DNA of 64,000 nt from Ptychomitrium polyphyllum (taxonomy: Eukaryota), in the NCBI GenBank assembly GCA_973851085.1, contig OZ316775.1, positions 3,720,001-3,784,000 of the forward strand, given 5' to 3'. Below are positions 38,721 through 49,393 of this stretch, piece after piece. The position numbers and the translations under genes were made by a program. Each line of letters begins with the position of its first letter. Positions within the stretch are counted from its first letter, which is position 1. The notes under the pieces were generated by a model. It saw only the letters and a list, made by a program, of their open reading frames with translations, was not told the origin of the DNA and searched no databases.

Positions 38721-40768
38721 ACTTCAGTTTATCATGGTTGTTGTTATTGCAAACTGTTGCTTTTCAATACTTATTTCCACAATGACATGCATAAATATAC
38801 ATCTTTGAAGCTTGAGTTGTCACTCTTGAACATTTGCCAACCATTTCAAGGTATTCTCTATGATTCCTTTATGAATTCCCACCCATTTTCTTATGCCTAC
38901 TAAAGTTAAGATCCACAAGTAACCAAGTGTTGGTTGTATTGTAAGCTATTGATAACCTTATGTGTAAAGATGAAAAGATTCATAGTATCCAATGCTTTCT
39001 AAATAAACTTATTGATATATCAACCATTTTTCAAACTTCTATGTTGCCACTTGAGACACAACATTATACATAGACTCCTCTGTACATCTTGCTAAAATTA
39101 TAATTTATTGTCAGAACAATGTTCACTTGAAGATTATGACTATACATGAGCCAAACTCATAATCTTGCTTGTCACATACATTTATTTTCCTACCTTCTGT
39201 TGCAAGGTTAGGTGCTTTAACTACTAAAAGAATGATATGGAATCTGGACTCTCATTGACCACCGTGGGTGAATTACTTTACTTATCAAATGTTCAAAATA
39301 TCAGTAAACAGTATTCTAAGTGTAGATTTCACTTTGAAGAGGCTGAACACTGAATATTCTCAGTATTCTCATTTTGACCATTGAAATTAATTGTTTGTAA
39401 TAATGTTATTTTCATCAACGAATTCAAAAAATTTCAAATAAAACCAGGAATTGCTTTTCAAGGGAATAGTTCTTAGGCTACAATGAGTTACAGTATGCAG
39501 GTGTCTCCTGTGGAGGCTATATGCTGCACTATTTAATATACCACTGAGAACTCTACACTGAGCTATACTGTGTGCATTCAGTTACTGTAGTGCACGTATT
39601 ATGCCCAGGATGCCCTGCATGGTCTGACCTTGATGTGGCATTCGTATACTCCTGGATGGTTTCTTCATCATTCAACTCCTGCCATCAATCATTCTTCCCA
39701 ACCATTGCAGGATCATGAATGAATTTGACTAAAAGCAGCGCCTGCAACATGATTCTCTGAACTCTGCAATTCAAAGAGTTTAAAAGGGGTTATGTGCTGC
39801 TAACAAGCTTCCCAGACCTATGTGGGGCTTGCAATCCTTGCTAATAGCTACATCTGTATACATGGATGACCTCAGCTTTATAGCCAGTTTAAGGCAAGCA
39901 TTTATAGAAGTCATTCGGGAATCAACTTACAGTTCTATTGAAGACCATGTTCCATTTCCCTTCACTCTCAAGGCGTCTGCACTTCATTTTTAATTTTGGT
40001 GAATTTAAGTTAGTGAATTTGTGAAGCAGAGCATCCAGATTATGCTTTCTATGCACTAGCTTGCTACAGAGCCCTGCATATGTGCATTGTTCATAAGGAT
40101 AACTAATGAAACCAAGCCAACTCAGTGAATCCATTCCTAAAAGGTAATACTAAGATTGTACTAGTGTGGTATTGATGTATGATACCCGAAAAGAAAGTAG
40201 AGAGGTAGAAGAGTATGGCTTATTTTCTCATAAGACCGCCCCTGGTCCGGTATCGCTTGGGTATCTTCACAGTATAACCCCCGTATCATCCAGGTAACGA
40301 TTGAAAAGCGGATGCAGTAAATTCCCCAATCTGCCCGCGCCCGTGCACTGGAGGTGCGATACGGACCAGGTAACACTCCGCCCCCGGGCCCTGACAAGCT
40401 TGGGGAGGGCCCGCGCGTACGATTCCGACATGATACCCGCGTTGACCCAACATCCTGAGGCGGGTATCTAAAAAACGGAGACGATGATGACGTCTGCCGG
40501 GGATCGAAGTGGAGATGAGTCGTGAGAGTGAGTGCAGGCTGGAGTTGTGCTTGGAAGACCAACAGAAGAGACGAGCACTGCGTTGCCAATTCTTCCGCCA
40601 TGGTCCTCCATGCCGCTGCTGCGCCATCGCCTTGTGAGTTCCCGCTTCTATCCTCTACTCCAGTTTGGTCGATTGCAGAAATGTTGACTAGGGAGGCACA
40701 GAATGGTGGAAAGGAATTTCGCAAAATCTTGGAGAGCCGTGGAGTCGAGTTGCATATAAGATGACCTA

Positions 40769-40801
40769 CTTAGGGTTTGGCTAATGGCCTTAGGGTTTGG
40801 C
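40769..40801. promoter_or_regulatory. Paired telo boxes in the predicted 5'-leader intron of the nucleotidyltransferase gene
   Basis: CTTAGGGTTTGGC repeated exactly at 40769 and 40789. Confidence 0.5.
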
Positions 40802-41154
40802 GCTTCGACGGTCCGATTGAGGCAGTGCGTTCTCGTTGCGCATGCTTGTTGTTCTTAGTGTATGTCGAGGCGGCGGGTGTTTGTATGTGATCATGAATTT
40901 TGAGGATGATTGGATTTGCGAAGGGCATGAGATGGTGGAGTGGACTTCATCTTTTCTTGGTGCTGGATGTGAGGTTTTTGAGATTTTAGATGTGTTTGTG
41001 AACTGAACGGGTTGTTAATTCGTGGAGGTGTTGAAGTTTGGCAGCGGTATTGAGAGATTTTCTGGTCGATGGACGGCGATTCGTTTGAATTCAACGAGTC
41101 TCGTGACTCGATTGCAGTTTGAAGGTGGGGCGTGAGAGTGGAGAGGAGAGAGAG

Positions 41155-44100
41155 ATGGACTCCGTGGTGCGTGCGGTGATTGAAGCCATTCATTCCTCAC
41201 CCACTCATGCTGTCCTTTGCCTCTCTGGTGGCGCAGCCCAGGTGAGGTTTGAGAATGCGCTTGTCTCTCTGCAGCTCAATTTGTCTACTGGCGTAGATCG
41301 TCATCTAATTCAGGTTGAATGCACGAGATTGTGAAGTAAGAATTATAGTCTGGAAGGCATTGTTTCTTTATGTAATACAGACGAGAGAGCTCTAGTGGAT
41401 ACTATGTTGCTTTAAGCAATCGTTCCCGATTCTGTCGAACTGGGCTTAGAAAGTAGATTATCAGAATGGTGTCAGTAGGCCTGCTGCCTGTGCTTGCTAT
41501 TGTGGTTGTTATGGTGCAAGCTGGAGTTTCCATCATGCTGTCTACCAGTAGCATATATGTTCATGATTTGGAATTACCCCTTCTTGTAGCGTAGGAGTTT
41601 TGTAAAGACAGTATAAATTTGCCTTTATGTCTATATACACCAATTTGACGCAAAATGATATGTCGATAATATTGAATGCAAAGGCTCTAGGTTGGCTGTT
41701 GTCTGTGCCACGAGCTTCAAGCACGGTATTGGAGGCCACAATCCCATATTCTAGGGCTTCGATGGTTCAACTTCTTGGCAAGGTACCATTGTCTTGGCTT
41801 CTTGTTCTTCTCTTTCAAGGCAGAGTCTAGATTTCTAGATTTTGCATTTGATTAGATGCAATGGATTACATCTGCTGGCGTTCTGGTTGAGCATCTTGGG
41901 ACTTTGTTCGTTGGTTTGGTACTTAGATTACTACTCGAAACTTGAGGGATATGGGTAAATAAATATTTTCGGGTTATTCTGGCCTATGTTTTGATGAGTG
42001 AAAACTGTACAGGACTAAGGAACTGATGTAGACACTGACTGGTTTGGGAAACCGATTGTTGTTTTGATGGCTCCTGGTTCCAGGTTCCTACTCAGTCTGT
42101 TTGCCGAGAAACGGCAGATGAAATTGCAATAGCTGCATATAACCGAGCTCTTAAGCTTTCAATGCCTGGTACAATTCATTCTGTGGTGGTGTTGTTTGAC
42201 CAGACATCTGAATTATGTGGATGAAGATTTCATACTAGTCCCTGTCGAATATGTCATATGATGGTAATTAATGGCTGGTTGTACTAAGGCTGAATTCTAT
42301 AAATGTGGACCATTCCGGTTACTGACAAACTGCGCCCTTCTCTTGGTCAGGTGTACAAGTAGCTGGAGTCGGTTTTACAGGCGCCTTAGCATCTGTACCG
42401 TCTAAGCGTGGGGACCACAGGTTGATTCCTATATTACTTGAGCTTCAACAAACTAATCATTTTCTAGGAATGAGTTTTATCAGTTGTGCTGAAAATTTCT
42501 GATTTATACAGTATCTGTTTGATTTGTTGCTCTCATAAACAAGTTGACCTCTGATGCGGTGTTGGTATATGTTTTTGTACATGTGATGGCACCATCATAC
42601 ATTTTCAGGTGCTTTGTGTCAGCTCGAACACAAACTGGACTATGGCAATATGATTTGACTCTTGAAAAGGTTGGCCTTGTGTCTTGACGATTTTTTTTGG
42701 TGTTTGTTCTTCTTTGGATTTGAAACATTGTCATTTAAGGACATCAATGTGATTTGTGTTATTCTGGATGTAGGGATATCGAGATCGGTATGGAGAAGAC
42801 TATTTGACAAGTTGTGTGGTGGTTAAAGTAAGTTGATCGTCTTTCTTGCATTGGGTTATTGTTGGTTTTACGATCAGTATAGCATGATTCAAAATGCTTG
42901 CAATAAATGCATTTTCGGCTCGTGCGTGTAATTGAGGCGACTGTGATTTGCAGACACTAGCGGACGTATGTGGAATTTTAGACGATGTGCCACTGGGTTT
43001 AAAAGGAGATACAGAAAAATTGCGAGAAAAAAAAGTGGTATATAGCGAGGAAGAGCAGCTACAACAGTTGCTGAGTGGTCAGATCTGCATGATTAATTTC
43101 TCAGGTGTGGGTTTGGTGTTGAGTTTACTCGTAGAGATTTGGTCACAAACACTGAACTCTTGTTGTTTTTTGGGTGTTTGTTCATTTCCTTTGAATATGC
43201 TGCTCTTCCTCAATTTGTTTCAGGTTGTTCATCCTCATCTCTATTTGTTTGGACTAGCCAATATTCTGCCTGCTGTCTTGTTGGCTTCAGTCTTTCCTAG
43301 AATCTTGATTATTTCGACTTTGAACTCGGCAGGTGGTTCTAACACTACTCCCACTTGGGGCACCAGAAGAGTTGTATTGTCTGGGTCATTCAATCCACTT
43401 CATGATGGACATATCAAGCTCTTAGATGCAGCCTGCAGGTTTGATGACCATCTCTGTTTGAAGGCGATTCTTGTGAATTTTCCTGCTTACGGAGAATGCA
43501 TAGGAGAGGATGTGGATTCAGCGTTTATTTCTAAGCTATTGCGAAAATTGATTTTTTTGTCTCTTTGTTGCAGCCTGCAGGAGGGTGGGCTTCCATGCTA
43601 TGAGATATCTGCAATAAATGCAGATAAACCACCATTGGGTCTTTCTGATATAAAGAAGCGATTAACACAATTTCGCAATGGTACTGACTTGTTTTTGTAA
43701 TTACATCGGTGCTTTATAGAACTTTTTACTTGACGTGTTTATGGTTGAGCTTTATATGACATTGATGTGTTGCTCTCTTGCGTACGTGATGGCCTAAATA
43801 TTACAAATGGAAGGATATAAGAATAGCATAATTTGTGTGAAAGTTTGTAGACAACTTGAAGAAAAGAGTAGTTTGTGGTAGTGTTTGCCTTTTTTGATAG
43901 TTGAATCAGGGAATAATCTATCTTATAGCACTGAGAGAGTCGTATTTAATAGTCCTGCTGAGGCTGATGATTCACTGACGTGTTTATCAATCATGACTTT
44001 CGTCTGTGCTTGTGCTGTCCTGTTTAGCAGGAAAGACATTAGTGGTGACAAACCAACCATTATTCCATAAGAAGGCACAGCTATTTCCAGACAGCACCTT

Positions 44101-44822
44101 TGTTGTCGGAATAGATACAGCTATACGACTCTTGGATGTAAGCAGTTTCTTGCGCTCTCTCCTTTTTAGTCTGCATATTTCTTCTCTGTTTCCATGTTCC
44201 AAGTTCTCGTATTAATACTTATTGTTCAAGACTGATAATTGTTCTTCTTAAATTTTTGTAGTACTTTATGCTATATGTTGTTTCTTGAGCCGGAGCATTG
44301 GAAAACAATGAAAGTTAGGACATGGTGTTGACGATTGAATTTCCTTCTTTTCCAGCCCAAGTACTATGGCGACAGCAAAGTCCGGATGCTAGAAGTATTG
44401 CTTGACATAAATCAACTTGGCTGCGACTTCTTGGTAGCTGGACGGAAAGTTGATGGATCTTTTAAGGCAAGCTTACAGATTTCCGTTTCTTAGTTTTTAT
44501 AAACTTCACTTTTGTTACTATCATAATGACTCTAATCTATTCCTTTGATTGCCTGAAGTTTCTCTAGCTATATAGGTGCATCGTTCTACAGATTTGCCTC
44601 AAAGAGTACCAGTAGAGTTTCACTGTTAAGAGATAGATGTTGGGTTTGAAATTTTTAGTGTTGACATTTCTTGACTGACACGGTTTCTGAAAATGATGGC
44701 CTCCTAACCAGGTACTCTCCGATGCCCAAATTCCAACAGAAGTTCGATGTATGTTTCAAGAGATTCCAGCTAGATTGTTTCAGTCAGATCTCTCGTCAAC
44801 ACAGTTGCGAGAGTCACGGTAA
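41155..44822 (+). CDS. CinA/PncC-like domain + HxGH nucleotidyltransferase (NadD-like) fusion protein; exons 41155-41241, 41684-41782, 42084-42168, 42351-42420, 42609-42669, 42774-42827, 42954-43104, 43333-43438, 43574-43680, 44028(or 44031)-44137, 44356-44466, 44712-44822
   Basis: In-phase spliced product MDSVVRAVIEAIHSSPTHAVLCLSGGAAQALGWLLSVPRASSTVLEATIPYS...GVGFTGALAS...VVLSGSFNPLHDGH...FVVGIDTAIRLLDPKYY...FLVAGR...DLSSTQLRESR*. Resembles the uncharacterised plant nucleotidylyl transferase superfamily proteins (recalled as AT2G01220/AT3G27610-like). Confidence 0.9.
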
Positions 44823-46063
44823 TATTGAAATTCACCAGTTCCAACTTTCGGTTCTTTGAGTAGAGTAGATGATTAGAGGTTAGTGGATACTAGGCTCGCT
44901 GCATCTTAAATATAAAATTTACTTGAATGTGTAGTTATAATACTGCGGTACGATAGGCTGGATTCTTACGGAAATGCCCAAATACTGCAAATATGCGCAG
45001 TAGATGATTTCTCTGTAAACCATCCCGTTCCCTAAAACTATACCGTTTGTGAATTGAGGAACTTAACTTCTCTGATATATTTAGTGTAATCTAAGTAAAC
45101 TACAGCACGGCATTCTTGCAAGTATGCAAAATTGAGCCAACGAAGTGATCAACTTAAATAAAAGTTTCGAAGTAAATGGATTTCTTTCTTATTTCAAATT
45201 TTGCAAAAATTACGTAATAGAATGTATTCTAAAACTTGCGTATTCATTCTATTGTTCATGAATTTATTCATTAATGCTTTTAGTGTGGCTTCCGAACGAA
45301 GTTAGGTTAACCTCATAAGGTCCATAAGTTCTACATAAGTTTTACATGGTTCATCTATCCACGTCCATGTACTCCAGCCCTCATCGTTACATTGTTGATG
45401 TACCTTTTTTAATATATCTATAGATAGTAGTAACGAATCCTTCTTTTGCCGACTGCAAGAGGCTCCAAAGCAATTCCGACAATTTCGAGTGACTTTATTT
45501 ATGCAGTCCAAGAGAACTGGGAAGTATGGTATGGTTTGAATAGGTTCTACTAGACTTTAGTGCAGAAAATCATCCTTCAACATGATCTTGGTCTTACCTT
45601 TCAATTGGAGAAGCTACTGTATGGAAGAAGATTATCCACCAGTAGTCAACATTGATAGCTTTTGACAGATTCCTGCCTCTTCCTTATACATAAGAAGAGA
45701 TTCCGTCCAATACATAAACAACAGTTGCAGGCGAAGAAGTCGCATACGTACTAATTTGGCGCAGTGAATGAGTAAACTCACCTCATTGCTATGCTCCTAT
45801 ATCTGTATCCGAGCGCACCATCAGGACAGATCACTGAAATCGTGACGGGCACCAATGGAAGTACAATGAACCTACCAGCACTCCGCCTACTGTCACTCTG
45901 ATTCAATACTGCCCACTGCATCATAAATTTCTACAAAATGTGCAACAACTTTGTAGGTATACGATGCCATGTACCCCCTATGTATAGAAATGCCATGTTG
46001 AATATCCGCAGCCAATTGTATGGAATATCATCTCATCCATAAAAAGTTAACTTAAGGCAGCAG

Positions 46064-49000
46064 TCACTGGTGGGCATTGATGAAGGTCACAATGTCCGTA
46101 AACATCTGAGCTGCAACCTTGACCTGATTAAGGAGACCGAATGTATGAACACCGTCTTCGTAGACGATTGTCTCAACTTCCTTCCCAGCTTTCTTCATCC
46201 CTTCGGAATATCTTTGCTGCAGACATCAACAGAGTTATTGTAACAAGCTTCAAATCAATTCCACAACCATACGGCGAGATAAAATTGAATGAATCACCAC
46301 TCTAAGAGACCAATTGAAGGAGTCCCGTGACCATAGTATACAATGTAGTTGCCGTTTAGATAATCCATATCACTTGATCGCTCACAATACTGGCTGAATT
46401 GACTGAGAGCAATTGGGGACAAGCTTATAAAATGTCAGTCAGAGAGCTCTGGTTGAATTCGTGAAGGTGTAAAAACACTCCTAAATTTTTCTTTCGTAAC
46501 AATAGAGTGACGCTAAAGGCAGATAAAAGTCTAACTTTTTCCCAAATGACTTGAAATCGATCAACTGAGCTTGAATTTGAACATTCAATGTGGAGACTAT
46601 CGAAGTAGGGAAGTTCAATATAATCTAAATCACTTGACAACAGTTTTCTCAGCTGGAATTTGAAGGTTCTACTTGGAGTTTTGAAAAAGAAAGGAAAAAA
46701 CTTCTAACCTCCCAGTCTTGTAAAATGTCGAGTTGTCCAATGATGTTTAGCACGGGAGGAAACGGAACTTGAGACAGGTCCGGAGAGTTGGGTCCAAAGA
46801 TATTGCAAGCTGGGTGGTCCCTGTTGGAGCCTTCAGGCAAGTAAGCCCTCCAATGCCAGTCCAAGCTCTCCACCGAGACGATGGGGACGTTCTTGAGACG
46901 AAGCTCCGCTGGTGTTCTCTCCTCCCCACCAAAGAAGCCCTGGATCATTACCACCCCCTTTAGCTTCACCCGACCCAGATCTTTCCCAGCTCCTCGAAGT
47001 GCTACATGGTGGGCTATGTTTCCACCTGCACTGTCTCCGCTCAAAAACACTCGGGAATAATCCACGTTTGGGGGCATGTAAGGAGTGGATTCCTCACTTT
47101 GAAGCCACTCTAGTGCTTTGTAAGAGTCGTCATATGCAACTGGGAATTTAAATTCTGGTGCCCGCCTGCAGAGCCACAGCAATTCAATCAATTTTTATTT
47201 AATTCAAACTTATATGCGCGGCATCCGACTAAATTAGTAGTGGAATGAGTGACCTAACCATGATCGGTGCTCTAATGAAAACAGTGGGGCATTAGATGAG
47301 ACCCTAATGTTGAGATCAATTAACTAATCAACCTTACTATCCAGAACTTGACCTAATATGAGTGGGTGAAAGGAGTCAGCAGTTCAGTTTATAAGGCGAA
47401 ATTAGTTTTTAAAGTGTCTAGGCTTCACTCACCTGTAATGCACTGAGATCACAACAGCGGTACAGGTTCGGGCCAAGCGCCGGCAGAACTTATCATAGAG
47501 GATCTGATTGGGACACAGAACAGCAAAGCCGCCACCATGGTAGTAGAAAATGATTGGCAGCGTCTTGTTGAACTCCGACTGAGTTCCATTAGCTGCCACT
47601 TGCAGTGGAATCACCTCCATCTCCTGGGTGCACCAACATTACAATTACAATCAATGCAATGCAGTACTATAAAACTCCAATGCATTCGACAAAAGTGTAC
47701 CGTCTAATGTTAAAGCTCGATTCGCATCAGACATGATCACCCATTCACTGCCATCGAGAGTACTTGGTAGATTTGCAGGCCAGGTCTAAACTATCAAGCT
47801 CAAAGCTGCAAACGACCAATTTCAATTAGCAAATCTGTCACTAGCTGCATCCTTGTATGTAAGCTGTGCCTTGATTTTCACATCCCAGATCGCTGAACTA
47901 CTTGTCCAAATTCAGCTGCAGAATTTGTTGATAAAACTGCCGCCAGGAGAGGAAATAGCAAAGTACCTGTGTTGGGATAAATAACCGAGCCCAGATGCCG
48001 GCTTGGTCGTCGATGGTGACATCCATCGTCGACACTCCCTGCAATGGTTTGACATTAGCTGGCACCTTCCTCTCGAAGGTGTCCGCCACCCAACGGTTGA
48101 TGGTGCCGTCTTTCCGTCTCGTCATCCTGTTGGCTCTTACCACTACCTCCGACAGCATACGTAATTGCCATAAAGAAGCCATCTGAAAACAGGAAAACAC
48201 AAAATAAGGACAAGGGTCAGCATAAACGTATCATTCAACAACAAAAAATGGCCACATGTAAACCAGTTCGTGAAACTTCGGAATCAGGATATGGTGCTAA
48301 CCTCCACGTGGTCTACCCTGTCTCTACACCACTTCGGAAGTCGGGCCAATTACAATTTGTTGCTGGAGAATCACTCCAAAAGTTGGGTACAGAAAATAGA
48401 CACACTCGATACGCAATGCCAGGAGAGTGCCTGCAGTGACTAATTTCGGAAAACACTATTCGAATGTGGTCGTGAGCCGCGTTCAAACTTTGGTTCAAAG
48501 AAAGGTATCACAACGAAGATGGTATTCAAGCAAGTTTGAGGTAAGATGAACGTCAAATGTGTAGAAGCACGTCCACAAATTAGAGCCAAGGAACTTCCCC
48601 GGTGAAAGCAGAAGGAAACTATAAAAGCGACTGCCTGCCAACCATGGCGCCGAGGCGGCTATGCCTTGATCGAGATTAGGAACTATCAAGGACGATTGAT
48701 TGCAGACGTAAGCCCTGCTCTGTCCTAGTCTCCGATAAGGCTCTCGGCGCAAGCTCTATGAAATACTGGGAGAATAATTCTGGAATTACAACAACCGAAA
48801 CGGCAACCTGGACAACTCGTTCACAATAACACCGAAACTTTGCACGCAAGGGAAAAACCCTACAATGGAGAATCTCTGCAGGAAAACAAAAAAACAGAGT
48901 CGCGTCTGCTGCTGCAACATTTGCAGCCACTACTACGACGCGATCCACTGCATCAAACCACCCAACGCACACAAAGTCACCAAAACACGAACGCCAATCA

Positions 49001-49393
49001 ACTGCACGCATGACTCCTCTCTCAGCTCGCTCATTGATCTCAGTCTCTCTTCGATGGTCTCCTTGTGTCCCAGCCTCGCGACCGATGACCCGACCCGCTC
49101 CTCCGCCAGCACTGCTCCACTCGACCGTGAGACACAGCTGCTCCAAACCATGAACGATCTTAGCGCAGTCGATGGTCCTCCGTAGAGACGCACGCGCCTC
49201 GGTTGTTGCGCCCACCTCATGCCCACAGCCCGTCCCCGCCACCAACCGAGGACACTAGCACTATATTCACTGCATCACTGCGTCACCAACTCAGTTGACA
49301 CAAAGCCCCCACGTCGCACTCCGCTGTGTCAGTCCAGCAACACCGTCACTGACTTACCGTAGGAGCCGAGTCCAGGCCGAAGACGGTGGACAT
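46064..49393 (-). CDS. GID1-like carboxylesterase (HSL / alpha-beta hydrolase); exons 49393-49358, 48182-47967, 47623-47433, 47165-46709, 46216-46064
   Basis: RRKDGTINR lid, YYHGGGF, SVHYRRAPE, GDSAGGNIAHHVA, FGGEERT, WRAYLPEGSNRDHP, LDILQD, GVHTF; TGA at 46064-46066. The first exon (MSTVFGLDSAPT, ACG|GTAAGT) is less certain; an alternative start is the ATG at 48182. Confidence 0.92.

Noticed and set aside
38900..38940. NTWLLVDL on the minus strand, like the start of a Copia RT
   Set aside because: No downstream Copia RT motifs follow.
40161..40724. 187-aa minus-strand ORF
   Set aside because: No recognisable domain; overlaps the GC-rich palindromic promoter/leader where long ORFs arise by chance.
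48248..49245. Multiple ORFs up to 189 aa
   Set aside because: They lie in the predicted first intron of the GID1-like gene and show no protein motifs.
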